Positions 38,250 through 49,200 are shown, counted from the stretch's first letter. The stretch is 64,000 nucleotides of DNA from an uncultured bacterium (GCA_938014335.1 CALLRP010000006.1:14226-78225); one strand, 5' to 3'. A program made the numbers and translations. Notes: generated by a model not told the origin, from the sequence alone.

Positions 38250-40790
38250 ATGAAAAATTATTTTTTTACAAATATATTCCTTCCATTAATTGTTTTGACA
38301 ACAGTAGTCTTTGCTCAAGAAGTTACAGATATAGAAAGGGCTCTGGATTACCTAAAAACTTACAAGTTTGGAATGAACCGTGAACCTTTGGAACCTATTT
38401 TAGAAGCAATAACAACAACGCAAAACAATCCCGCCAAACAGGAAAAATTGTCAAAACAACTTATTGGAATTTTGCCTCAATGTTCAATAGATGGTAAAAG
38501 GTTTATTGCTCGCCAATTAGTTGTAATTGCAACTCCCTCTGTTATTTCAGGAATTGAGCCTTTATTAAAGGATAAGGAAACAATAGATTTGGGTTGTCGT
38601 ATTTTGGAACAAATTCCTGAAAAAGAGGCGACGCAAGCACTTCTGAATGCTTTGAAACGAGACGGAATAACAGAAGATGATAAAATTAGTTTTATTAATT
38701 CATTAGGAAGAAGAAAAGATAACTTAGCGATAGGTGAATTATCAAAATATCTTGATGATTCCTCATCGAAAGTTCAGAATTCGGCAATAATTGCTTTGGG
38801 TTCTATTGGGGGAAAAGAAGCGGGCAATATTCTGTGGAACTGGGCAAAAAATAAATCCATGACTGACAATTCTGAAGTCCAATCGGCATTGCTAAAAATA
38901 GCAAGCCGATTAGTTGAAGACTCACAGGGGAAAGATACTGCATTGGAGATTTACTCTTCTTTATTCAGTGATGATAAAACAACATCTATAAATAAAGGAT
39001 ATGCTCTAAGAGGATTGGTTCAGTTAAAAGGGAAAGATGCTCTCAATGAAGTCTGGCAGAGCGTTTATAGTGAAGATACAATACTTTCTTCCACAGGGAT
39101 AGACCTATTAAAGGACCCAACCTTTTCAGAGGATTTAATTTTGGAGAAATGTGTAAATTCCTTGAAAATAGCCAGTCCGAGAATTCAATTAGGGTTATTA
39201 GAAGTAATTGCTTCCCGTAAAATGAAAGAGGCTGTTTTGCAGGTATTAGCACTTGTAGAAAAATCAGAAGGTGAAGTAAAAACATCTGCTATTCAGTGTT
39301 TAGGGCAGATGGGAGATAATAGGGCTATAGAACCATTGATAAACATCGTATTAAATAACTCTCGTGAAATTAGGGAAATAGCAAAAGATGCATTAATTAA
39401 ATTAGATAGTCCAGACGGGAATAAGTACTTAATGGAGAAAATTCAAAAAGGAAGTCCCGAGGTAAAGAAATTGGCAGTTGAATTAATTACAGAACGCAGA
39501 GCTATTGAAGCAAAAGGAATTATGAAAGATGCTATAGCAAAGAATGACAAAGATATAATAGAGGGTGCACTCAATTATCTTGCTGTTTTGGGAAATGAAG
39601 AGGATTTACCTTTCCTATTTGATAAACTTATGTCTAATGCTGAAAATGGTTCTATATACATTCCGGCTATCTCTTTGATTATGGATAGGACAGGTGATGA
39701 AGGTCGTAAAGTAATGTTAATAACAGAACAGTGGCAATTATGTAAAAATGATGTACAGAAGAAATTGATAATTACATTACTGGGAAATGTTAAAAGTCCA
39801 GAAGCATGTGCAATGCTTGAAATTCTGTTGGCAAGCGAGCCGAACTTGAAAACCAGTATTTTGCAAGTTATGGGGCAATGTGATGATGCAAACACTTTGC
39901 AAAAGATAGTAAATGGAATTGCGCAGGAAACAGATGAAGAAGTTAAGAATGTGGGTATTTTAAGTTCCTTAAATATACTGAGAACGCTTAATTTAACGGA
40001 TAAACAAAAATATGATTATTATGTAAGCCTTTGGAAGATGGCAGGCAACAAACCTAATCTCCAAAAAAATATATTGGGGGGTCTTGCGAAATTAAGTCTG
40101 TTAGAAGTATTAGATTTCATAAATGGAGTGAATATCAATGACGCAATAAAAGCGGATTGGGCAAATGCTAGATTTAGTATTGCTCGAAATATTAGTTTTT
40201 CATATCCTTCAAAAACTATACCTATTTTGGAAGAAACACTTCCCAATTTGAAGGATAATCAGGCGAAAGAGGTAGGGAACTTACTAAATGGTCTTAAAAA
40301 TAAAGGTGATTTTCTATGTTCCTGGAGTGTAAGTGGACCCTACCGTATTGAAGATTATAGTGCAAGAAGGTTGTTTGACGAGGTATCTTTACCACCAGAG
40401 ACAGATGTGAATTCTGTCCAGGACTGGCGCATTTTACCTATGAAAGTGCGCGAAGATGGCTTGATTTATGCCGATTTAGCCGATTTTTTGGGAGGAGAGG
40501 TAGAATGTGTAGCCTATGTGCTATGTAAACTGAAACTTCCTGAACCTTCTAATGCAAAACTTTTATTGGGAAGTAATGATGGAGTTAAAGTGTGGCTGAA
40601 TGGCAAATTGATACACTCATATCCCGAAGGAAGGACGATGACACCTGATCAAGATCAAATTCCTGTTACATTACAAAATGAAAATGTATTACTTATGGCT
40701 GTATATAATCAAGGTGCAGCATGGGAATTTACTGTTAAACTTCAAGGAGTTCCAGTAGATAAAATATCCGTAGAACCCTATTTACCATGA
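38250..40790 (+). CDS. Exported HEAT/armadillo-repeat protein with a C-terminal beta-sandwich (PA14/lectin-like) domain (846 aa).
   Basis: It has a signal peptide (MKNYFFTNIFLPLIVLTTVVFAQE) and repeated ~30-aa helical HEAT-like units. The C-terminal motif ...LLGSNDGVKVWLNGKLIHS... is typical of sugar-binding beta-sandwich domains. Confidence 0.65.
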   Translation: MKNYFFTNIFLPLIVLTTVVFAQEVTDIERALDYLKTYKFGMNREPLEPILEAITTTQNNPAKQEKLSKQLIGILPQCSIDGKRFIARQLVVIATPSVISGIEPLLKDKETIDLGCRILEQIPEKEATQALLNALKRDGITEDDKISFINSLGRRKDNLAIGELSKYLDDSSSKVQNSAIIALGSIGGKEAGNILWNWAKNKSMTDNSEVQSALLKIASRLVEDSQGKDTALEIYSSLFSDDKTTSINKGYALRGLVQLKGKDALNEVWQSVYSEDTILSSTGIDLLKDPTFSEDLILEKCVNSLKIASPRIQLGLLEVIASRKMKEAVLQVLALVEKSEGEVKTSAIQCLGQMGDNRAIEPLINIVLNNSREIREIAKDALIKLDSPDGNKYLMEKIQKGSPEVKKLAVELITERRAIEAKGIMKDAIAKNDKDIIEGALNYLAVLGNEEDLPFLFDKLMSNAENGSIYIPAISLIMDRTGDEGRKVMLITEQWQLCKNDVQKKLIITLLGNVKSPEACAMLEILLASEPNLKTSILQVMGQCDDANTLQKIVNGIAQETDEEVKNVGILSSLNILRTLNLTDKQKYDYYVSLWKMAGNKPNLQKNILGGLAKLSLLEVLDFINGVNINDAIKADWANARFSIARNISFSYPSKTIPILEETLPNLKDNQAKEVGNLLNGLKNKGDFLCSWSVSGPYRIEDYSARRLFDEVSLPPETDVNSVQDWRILPMKVREDGLIYADLADFLGGEVECVAYVLCKLKLPEPSNAKLLLGSNDGVKVWLNGKLIHSYPEGRTMTPDQDQIPVTLQNENVLLMAVYNQGAAWEFTVKLQGVPVDKISVEPYLP

Positions 40791-40869
40791 GTTAAAAGGC
40801 AAGACTTTTATAGTAAAATAAGTATCAAGGAGTGTTGTATATATACAGTTCAAAAGGAGTTGATGCGTT

Positions 40870-42510
40870 GTGCCTTTATTGATTGTTGAACAACAAGGAG
40901 TTTCTACTCAGACTATTCCTATTGGAGACAAAGAAATAATATTAGGACGTTCTACGGATTGTGATGTGATGTTGACCGCAGATGAAATTTCTCGTCATCA
41001 TGCGAAGATTTTTATTAAAGATGGGACCTATATGATTGCAGACTTAAAAAGTTTGAATGGTACCTATGTTAACCGCCAAAGGATTGTAGAACATAAACTT
41101 AAACATTTAGATGAGATATGGTTGGGGAGTAAATGTAGGATTATATTCAGAGAGGATGTCTCTCAAAAGGAACCGGGCACAATACGTGAAAAGGATAAGC
41201 ATGAGAGTAAATATCATAGTCATATGGAGCAAATTCGTGAAGAAATAGAGGAGGTCAGAAACACCTTATTTAAAATATCGAAAGAACAAGTGGGTATATC
41301 TCAACAGAAGACGATAGAAGAATCCGCTCCCTCACTTGATATTAGAAAATTAAGTCGTGCTTATCGTCGTTTAGATGCTTTGTATAAAGCAACACAAATT
41401 ATGGGTTCTACTAATAATTTGGATTCAAAACTTCTACAATTATTAGACTTGGTTATTGAAATTCTTGGAGCAGAACGAGGCTTTATTCTTCTTAAAGATG
41501 AAGATAGAAATACTTTGATTACAAAAGTTGCACGGGCGATGAGTTCCGAGTTAGAAGCATCCTCCCCAAGCATGGGAATTGCCAGTCGGTCAGCTATTGA
41601 TGGTGAACCTGTACTTATGATGGACCGTTCTGCGAATGCGGAGTTTGGTAATAGAGAAAGTGTTATCGCCCGAAAAATAACAAGTGCCATGTGTGTTCCA
41701 CTGCGAATTGAAGATAGAATATTAGGTTCGATTTATATTGACACGATCAAGAAAAAAGCCTTTTTTGATGAAGAAGATTTAGAACTATTTTGCTCTATGG
41801 GCAATCAGATTGCACTTGCAATAGAAAATGCCCGCCTAAACCAAAAAATGATAGAGGAAGAGCGCAAAAAGGATAACTTCAGAAGATTTCTTGCTGATGT
41901 TGTGGTAGAAAGGATTATGAGTGAAGGTTCTGCTTTAAAGTTAGGGGGAGAAAAGAAAAGAGTAACCACAATGTTTTGTGACATTCGAGGGTCGTCTCAA
42001 TTAGCCGAAAAACTTTCTCCTCAAGAATTGTTACATCTATTAAACGAACATTTTACTGCAATGACAGAAATTATCTTTACATGGAATGGGACATTGGATA
42101 AATATATAGGTGATGAAATTATGGCGGTATTCGGTGCCCCTATTCCTACGGGTGATGATGCGTATGCAGCGGTATGTTCTGCATTAGATATATTAAAAAA
42201 GAATGAAGAATTAAATGTGTTAAGAATTTCTGAAGGAAAACCTGCCTTCCAGTTGGGGATTGGAATTGAAACAGGTGATGTAATAGCAGGTTTTATCGGC
42301 TCACCAAAAAGAATGGAATATACCGTCGTAGGGGATAGAGTAAATTCGGCAAAGAGATTATGTGACATGGCGAATCCGGGGACAATTGTTGTTGGCAGTG
42401 AAACCTGGGGAGAGTTAAAAGGAAGAGTTAGAGGATCACCTATAGGAACATTCAAAGTGAAGAATAAAGAGCAATTTATTGTCGCTTATGAAGTGAAAGG
42501 GCTGATATGA
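40870..42510 (+). CDS. FHA-domain / GAF-domain / class III adenylate-guanylate cyclase signalling protein (GTG start).
   Basis: The FHA domain is ILGRSTDCDVML...ISRHHAKIFIKDGTYMIADLKSLNGTYVN. The GAF region is ...ERGFILLKDEDRN.... The cyclase region is TTMFCDIRGSSQLAEKLSPQELLHLLNEHF...YIGDEIMAVFGAP. Confidence 0.85.
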   Translation: MPLLIVEQQGVSTQTIPIGDKEIILGRSTDCDVMLTADEISRHHAKIFIKDGTYMIADLKSLNGTYVNRQRIVEHKLKHLDEIWLGSKCRIIFREDVSQKEPGTIREKDKHESKYHSHMEQIREEIEEVRNTLFKISKEQVGISQQKTIEESAPSLDIRKLSRAYRRLDALYKATQIMGSTNNLDSKLLQLLDLVIEILGAERGFILLKDEDRNTLITKVARAMSSELEASSPSMGIASRSAIDGEPVLMMDRSANAEFGNRESVIARKITSAMCVPLRIEDRILGSIYIDTIKKKAFFDEEDLELFCSMGNQIALAIENARLNQKMIEEERKKDNFRRFLADVVVERIMSEGSALKLGGEKKRVTTMFCDIRGSSQLAEKLSPQELLHLLNEHFTAMTEIIFTWNGTLDKYIGDEIMAVFGAPIPTGDDAYAAVCSALDILKKNEELNVLRISEGKPAFQLGIGIETGDVIAGFIGSPKRMEYTVVGDRVNSAKRLCDMANPGTIVVGSETWGELKGRVRGSPIGTFKVKNKEQFIVAYEVKGLI

Positions 42511-42528
42511 GTTTGGTCTAATAATACT

Positions 42529-43131
42529 TTACGGTGAATGCTGTGTCAAAAGGAACTTCCAAATAACAAATGATAAACATAAAACCCCTGTAAACACTAT
42601 GATGATATGAAAAATCCATTGTTTTATAAAAGTATTTTTATTTGTGTCGGGATTTAATTCAACTCCAATTGGACTATACAATAATTCGGGAGGGCGATTT
42701 TGACTATATACAGATTGAGCCATTTCTATCGCCTTTAATGCCTGTTTATAAATAGTTTCTTTAATTACCTTTTTCCCTTGAGGACTATCCCAAAAAATAT
42801 ACCCTGCTTTTTTCCAGCCTTCTTCAAGTCTTTTTTTGCGTAATACGGGAGCTTCGTATGAAAGTTCTAAACGATGTCCAAGTTCCCTGCGATGAATTTG
42901 GGGTGTTTCCCATGGAGTGTCTATAACAATTTCAACAGACTTACTTTTTAATTCTGGGAGAGAAGCATTATCCACCCACTGCCCTTGTAGAATAAGTCCA
43001 CCATAAAACTCATTTTGTTCTCTTTGAATTTTAATTAAGAATGTTGGGATATTTTCTGGAATTTCACCATAAAAGGATTGTGCTCCATAAGATAAACAAC
43101 AGAGTATAATGTAAATAGATGTCTGTAACAT
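42529..43131 (-). CDS. Hypothetical exported protein with a C-terminal TM anchor (200 aa).
   Basis: It has a signal peptide (MLQTSIYIILCCLSYGAQS) and a C-terminal hydrophobic helix (IFHIIIVFTGVLCLSFVIWKFLL). Confidence 0.5.
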   Translation of the reverse strand: MLQTSIYIILCCLSYGAQSFYGEIPENIPTFLIKIQREQNEFYGGLILQGQWVDNASLPELKSKSVEIVIDTPWETPQIHRRELGHRLELSYEAPVLRKKRLEEGWKKAGYIFWDSPQGKKVIKETIYKQALKAIEMAQSVYSQNRPPELLYSPIGVELNPDTNKNTFIKQWIFHIIIVFTGVLCLSFVIWKFLLTQHSP

Positions 43132-43243
43132 AATCTTTTATAAACAATTTTTAATTTTTTTCGTTATATGATATAACGATTGTAAGATATTTAACCTTCA
43201 ATTACATAATTATAAACAATTGTTACTATTTTGGGGTGAATTT

Positions 43244-44260
43244 ATGAAAAGGAAAAAATTGAGTTTTATTGCTATCTGGCTTCTTGTTTTAGTTGCTGGT
43301 TTTTCTTGTAAATCTACAAACAAAGAAGAAAAAAATAATATTCAGACCGAAATCACAAAAGAAGAAAGTATTTTCGACCTTGTCAGAGAGTCAGCTTTAT
43401 TAAATGTGATCGTGAGAAAGTTAGGTCATGAGTTCCCTGTATCTATTTCAGTAGTCAACGGTGCTGAAATACGATGGGTTCAAATTGATAAACCCGAAAA
43501 AGATGTCTCCGATTTAATTCGGCAAATATCTGAAAATACCAATATGGCTTTACAAGAAATAAACGATTATTATTTTTTATATCCGTTAGAACAATCTATA
43601 TATGAAAATCTAACGAAACTTTCACTAACAGAACTACCACAAAAATATTCTAATATAAAAATAACTGCAGGATTTGGTGCAGGGACAAAACTATTTAATG
43701 TCTTTAATAGCCTTAATTTTACTTATGGTTGTAATATTGTTGCAGATAACAGCCTTGCAGAATTACCTATTGGTGAACTGGTAGTTTTTCAAAAGCCTTT
43801 AAGTGTGGCATTAGAAATGATATTAAAAAGTGCCCGTATAGTTCCTCAAAGTATTCGTTGGTGCGCAAAAGATGATTTTATATTTTTTTATACTCCATTA
43901 AATATGAGAGTAGATCAACTTACTGGATGTAAGGTTTTTGATAACGAAGGGAAACAATCTATATTGGACAAAGAAGTAATCATTTCTCTACCAAAATCTG
44001 TTCCATTAAATAAAAAAGGTTCTCTTCCTTTTTATGATGGGGCAATGCCATTATCTAAAATTGCTCCTGTTCTTGCAAATCAAACAGGTCTTACAATAGA
44101 AATGATGGTCGGGACTGAAAACCTACCTATAAATCCATGTTATTTGAATAAAATAAAACTTAAATTAGCCCTTGATTTGTTAACTTTTCAGTGGTTAGAT
44201 ACATCGTATACATATTCTATTGAGAATGAAAAAATCGTTTTTATTAAATTGGGTAACTAA
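43244..44260 (+). CDS. Hypothetical lipoprotein-like protein.
   Basis: The N-terminus is MKRKKLSFIAIWLLVLVAGFSCKST, with a lipobox-like ...GFSC. No catalytic motif was recognised. Confidence 0.5.
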   Translation: MKRKKLSFIAIWLLVLVAGFSCKSTNKEEKNNIQTEITKEESIFDLVRESALLNVIVRKLGHEFPVSISVVNGAEIRWVQIDKPEKDVSDLIRQISENTNMALQEINDYYFLYPLEQSIYENLTKLSLTELPQKYSNIKITAGFGAGTKLFNVFNSLNFTYGCNIVADNSLAELPIGELVVFQKPLSVALEMILKSARIVPQSIRWCAKDDFIFFYTPLNMRVDQLTGCKVFDNEGKQSILDKEVIISLPKSVPLNKKGSLPFYDGAMPLSKIAPVLANQTGLTIEMMVGTENLPINPCYLNKIKLKLALDLLTFQWLDTSYTYSIENEKIVFIKLGN

Positions 44261-45254
44261 CTGGCAAAACAAATCATTGATGAATCTACACTATTTTATA
44301 ACTCAAAATAAAAGACAGATGTCCTATACTCAAAAAATATCTTTTTTTATATGGGTATCATTTATTGCTCATTTATGTGTATTGAGTATTTTTACAAAAA
44401 TCCCAACTTATAAAGGAATAATCTCCTCCATTCCGAAAGCAAAAACGATAAATATAGAATTTGTAAAACAAGAACCACAAAAATCTACAAAAAAGTTAGT
44501 AGAGGTAGTGGAACCTACAGATGAAATCCCTTCAAAAACAGAAAATATTGGAGAATTTAATTCTATATCTTCTGGTCCTATTAAAAAAGATGGAGATACT
44601 CACGGACCTCCTTTGATAGAAAATGAAAAAATTGAGACATTAGGTTCAGAGCATCAAAAAATACAGATTGCTAATGTTATACCGACTCCTGAAAAACAAT
44701 CGAAAACAAAATCTGTAGATTCTATTAGGAAGAGGAAAGAATCCTCCCATATAGATGTAATCCAAAAAGGACAGTTAAAAACAACACCCCCAAAACAAGA
44801 AGAGCCTCCAAAAGAGAGAGATACACTTATAAATAAAGAAAGCCCAGAAAAAATTGTAGCGCCCGAATATTTACCAAATACATTTACTAAACCGCAGGGG
44901 AAAATATATAATCAGGTTAAAAAGGAAGGAATACTTGGATTTGAGGCACTTCAAGACCAGTTAGCACCTTATTTGAAAGAAATCCAACGAAAAGTAGAAA
45001 AATACTGGATACATTATTTGTTAACACGATATTCTGGGACAAAACCTACAGAGGTTCTCATTGATTGTGAGATAAGTTCTGAAGGTAATATTGTTAAATT
45101 AGATATAATAGGGAACCCTGAAGACCCCCTGTTTGCAGGTATTTGTAAACAAGCCTTACAAAAATCTGCACCTTTTTCACCTTTTCCATTTCAGGTTCCC
45201 GATATATATCAAAATAAAAATCTACAAATACGGTGGACATTTAGTTTCATGTAA
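44220..45254 (+). CDS. TonB-family energy transducer-like protein. The start is uncertain; candidate ATGs lie at 44220, 44280 and 44319.
   Basis: It has a TM helix (ISFFIWVSFIAHLCVLSIFT) and a Lys/Pro/Glu-rich linker (...KTTPPKQEEPPKERD...). The C-terminal domain (...IIGNPEDPLFAGICKQALQKSAPFSPFP) resembles the TonB C-terminal fold. It is followed by exbB. Confidence 0.55.
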   Translation: MRMKKSFLLNWVTNWQNKSLMNLHYFITQNKRQMSYTQKISFFIWVSFIAHLCVLSIFTKIPTYKGIISSIPKAKTINIEFVKQEPQKSTKKLVEVVEPTDEIPSKTENIGEFNSISSGPIKKDGDTHGPPLIENEKIETLGSEHQKIQIANVIPTPEKQSKTKSVDSIRKRKESSHIDVIQKGQLKTTPPKQEEPPKERDTLINKESPEKIVAPEYLPNTFTKPQGKIYNQVKKEGILGFEALQDQLAPYLKEIQRKVEKYWIHYLLTRYSGTKPTEVLIDCEISSEGNIVKLDIIGNPEDPLFAGICKQALQKSAPFSPFPFQVPDIYQNKNLQIRWTFSFM

Positions 45255-45274
45255 AGATAAAAGGAGTTTTTAAT

Positions 45275-45889
45275 ATGAACTGGATAAATATGCTTTATCA
45301 AGGGGGATGGGTTATGTTCCCTTTAGGTATATGTTCTGTGATTGCATTGGCAATTATATTAGAGCGTTTGTTTGCACTGAGGATAACGAGAAATGTTCCA
45401 GAAAATCTTGTTCAATTACTTTCTCATCCTAATATGTTAAAAGAACTGGAAACTATTCGTTCTATCGCACACCGTAATAATTCCCTCCTTGGGACACTTG
45501 TTCTTGAAATTATCAATCTTCGTAATGAACCCAAAGAGGTTTTAGTAGAACATATAAATACATTAGGGAGAACACAGTTATCTTATTTGGAACGAGGACT
45601 CACAGTATTGCAAATTATAGCAGTTATAAGTCCATTATTAGGGTTACTGGGAACTGTTTTAGGAATGGTAGATATATTTAATGTAATTACTATAGGAGGT
45701 ATAGGTAATGCGCAAATGCTGGCACAAGGTATTTCAAAAGCATTAATAACCACAGTAGTCGGCTTAATTGTTGCTATCCCTTCATTAGTCGCTTATCATT
45801 TATATTGGAGAAGAGTGGAAGAAATAGGAATAAAAATTCAAGAACTTATTATGCCCTTTTTAATGAAGGTTAAAAGTATCGAAAAATAA
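45275..45889 (+). CDS. exbB: MotA/TolQ/ExbB proton-channel protein (second copy).
   Basis: The sequence ...GLLGTVLGMVDIFNVI...ALITTVVGLIVAIPSLVAY is paralogous to the 9887 gene. An AAGGAG RBS is present. Confidence 0.85.
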   Translation: MNWINMLYQGGWVMFPLGICSVIALAIILERLFALRITRNVPENLVQLLSHPNMLKELETIRSIAHRNNSLLGTLVLEIINLRNEPKEVLVEHINTLGRTQLSYLERGLTVLQIIAVISPLLGLLGTVLGMVDIFNVITIGGIGNAQMLAQGISKALITTVVGLIVAIPSLVAYHLYWRRVEEIGIKIQELIMPFLMKVKSIEK

Positions 45890-45976
45890 TTTTCTTTTGT
45901 TTCATTTTACTTCTTTCCTATTAAACCATAAATTTTTGTATAATAATTATGAAAATAAGATATGGAGGCATTTTTC

Positions 45977-46129
45977 ATGAAAGAATTATTAAAGGAGTTT
46001 TGGGATTTCCTGAAAGTGAGAAAAAAGTATTGGCTGGCTCCTATTATTATTACGCTTTTATTATTGGCTGCTTTATTTATCTTTGCAGGAAATGCTGGCG
46101 TAATTTCCCCCTTTATCTATGCTTTATAA
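45977..46129 (+). CDS. 50-aa single-TM peptide resembling the DUF5989 family. I found it in a different frame from the ORF-track call 45949..46185.
   Basis: The translation is MKELLKEFWDFLKVRKKYWLAPIIITLLLLAALFIFAGNAGVISPFIYAL. A GGAGG RBS lies 8 nt upstream. It matches my memory of a conserved small-protein family (MxxLLKEFWxFLxVRKKWWLLPIIxxLLLLGAL...) that is often encoded near carbamoyltransferase / SxtJ-like genes. Confidence 0.6.
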   Translation: MKELLKEFWDFLKVRKKYWLAPIIITLLLLAALFIFAGNAGVISPFIYAL

Positions 46130-46204
46130 GACAACCCTTATGTGGGTTGCGCACTCTTTTTAGATTATTCATCATTTCTCCATAAAATACATAAGGAAAA
46201 ATGT

Positions 46205-49200
46205 GTGAAGGGAAGACAAGTTAGGTGTGCTTTATTCTTTATTCTTCTCATTGCTATTATTTTAAGAGTATGGTATCTTTATGAAGTATATAAATATGCC
46301 CCTGATTATTCAGCACTCCAGCAGGACCCGGAAGTTCAAGATTATTTTGCTCGTGCCATTGTAACAGGTGATTGGAGTGTCCCTGAAGGGGTTACCGACC
46401 CCGAGATGCGAACAACCCCTTTTTTCCGTCCACCAGGGCATGGTTATTTTTTAAGTTTTCTGTATCGATTCATTTCGGACAGTTATCTAACACCACGAAT
46501 TGTTAATTCTATCGCTGGCATTTTAACCGTTCTATTAGCATTTTATCTGGGTCGGGCGATTTTCAATGAATATGTGGGATTAATATTCAGTTTTTTAGTG
46601 GCTACCTACAGTGTATTTATATATTGGGAGGGGGAAGTAAATGATCCATCTCTATTTGTCTTTTTTGTTGTTCTCATGTTTTATATTTTGTATCGTTGGA
46701 GTATATACAAAAAATGGTATGAGTGTATTCTTTTGGGCTTGGTAATAGGTGCTTATGCAACTATGAGACCAAACATACTTTCATTTGGTCCTTTTATAGC
46801 CTTATGGATGGCATGGATTGTATTTAAAGAAAAGAAATATTTTGCGTTTATTCCTTCCTGGATTGTTCTCCTTGTTTTTACCTTTGTTCCCATTATACCA
46901 ATCACAGTGAGAAATTATATTGCTTCAGGGGAATGGGTATTCATCTCGACTTATTTTGGTGAAAATTTATTTATAGGGAACAATCCGGAAGCCGATGGAA
47001 CAACCCCATGGAACCAATACTTACAGAAATTAGAAGGAACAGGCAACTGGACTGCTCGCGATTATGTGAATGTGGTAAAAGGGTTGGGTAAAGAATTAGG
47101 AATAAAAGACCTGAAACATGCAGATGCATCAAAAATATTTGCAGAAAAAGCACTGGAATATATCAAAACACATCCTAAAGAAACACTTATACAAGTTTTG
47201 AAAAAAGCAGTTCTTCTTTGGTGTCCTATTGAAATTACATGCAACAAAGTGGTGTATTATGAATTAAAACATTACTCTCCGTTAAAATATCTTCCTACTT
47301 TTCCATGGGCGGGTGGCCTTTTCATTACAGGGACAATTTTGCTTGTTTCTAATATAAAATCTATCTGGAAAAAGAAAAAAATTGTTCCGTTTCTTTTCTC
47401 CTCAAATGGGACATATTCTACAGAGTTATTATTATTAATATACTTGTTTATTGCTACCTATTTAGGTAGTTTTCTCATTTTCTTTGTGAATGGAAGGGCA
47501 CGAGTCCCTGTTATTCCTTTATTTTTTTTAATAGGAGCCAATTTCCTTTATTTTTTGTGGCTATGTATTAAAAACAAAAATCATGTATCTTTAGTAAACT
47601 GGTTATCAGTTCTTTTTATTAGTTTTATTGTAATATCTGTGAAATGGATTCCTTTTGAGCCTGATTTAGCTCGATGGCATTATCAACGAGCAGATTCTTA
47701 TTTAAGAAGAGGAGAAATCCAAAAGGCATTAGAAGAAGCACAAACATTGGTTTATATGCCACAAAGTTTACCTTATATGCATCATCGTTTGGGAAAAGAC
47801 CTATTTAAAGCAGGTTACTTTGTAGAAGCTAAAGAGCAGTTTGAAAAAGGTATTCGATTAGACCCTACTTATCAAGATATGTTTTATTATCTCGGTAAAA
47901 CCTATCTTGTAATGAAAGATGAGACAAAGGCAGAAGAATATTTTAGAAAAGCACTTGAATTAAATCCAAATGATGCCCGTTCTCACAATGAAATTGGGGA
48001 AATTCTTGAGCATCAGGGAAATTGGAAAGAGGCTCTTACTCATTACGAAAAAGCTTTACAAATAGTCCCAGATTTTACTTATGTTTTAGATAAATACGGT
48101 AGAATATTATCTTCACAAGGACGCTCTGAAGATGCGTTGGCTTTTTATAGAAAGGCTTTAGAGACAGACCCTTCCTATCAGGATGTATATTACCTTATTG
48201 GAAGAGAGTTAAGAAGTTTAGGGCGAATTGAAGAGGCGCAAGATACACTCCAAAAAGCGGTAGAATTAAATCCAAAGGATGCAAGGGCACTGTGTGAATT
48301 AGGAAATATTTGTGCAGATGAGGGGGATTGGGATAGTGCAGAGGCGTATTATCGCAAAGCTGTCTCTGCGGTACCTGATTTTGCTTATGCTTATGAACGA
48401 TTAGGAAGAATCTTATTTGCAAAAGATAATTTGAAAGAATCTGAAAAGAATTTAAAAAAAGCGATTGAGTTGAATCCTGAATATCAGGATGGTATTTATC
48501 TTTTAGGTTGTGTTCTGAAAAAGGAAGGACGATTGGAAGAGGCAGAAACATATTTTCGGAGGGCATTAGAATTAAATGTTCGCGATGCACGAGCTTGGAA
48601 TGAATTAGGCGAGATTATGGAAACGAAAAAAGATTATGAGCAAGCACTTAACTGTTATGAAAAAGCATTGGAGGCATATCCTCAATTTGCTTATGTTATT
48701 GCAAAAATGGGTGCAATTTATGCTAACAGGGGAGAATATGAAAAATCGTTGGAAAAACTCAAATTAGCTTTGAACATTGACCCCAATTTCCAGAATGTCT
48801 GTTATATGACAGGGCAGGTACTATCCCGAATGGGACAAAAAGAGGAAGCGAAAGTATACTTTAATAAAGCCATAGAGATGAACCCCGAAGATGCAAGAGC
48901 TCATAGGGAATTAGCCTTGTTAATACAAGAAGATAATCCTGAAAAGGCAATAGAGCATTTCAAAAAGGCATTGGAAATCGTGCCCGATTTCACATTGATA
49001 TTGAATAATTGGGGTAGTCTTCTGGTTAAACAAAATCGTTGGGATGAAGCAGAAAATAAATTTTATGAGGCGTTGAAAATAAGACCCCATGATGAATTAG
49101 CGTACTACAATCTGGCACAGTTAGCAGAGAAAAAAGGGAATACAGAACAGGCGATTGAACTGTATAAAAAGGCAATGGTGAACAGTCCTGATAATTCGTA

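Noticed and set aside
45949-46185. A 78-aa ORF-track call (MKIRYGGIFHERIIKGVLGF...).
   Set aside because: It has no RBS and its composition is odd and Cys-rich. An RBS-preceded 50-aa ORF in another frame (45977..46129) matches a known small-protein family and explains the coding signal better.
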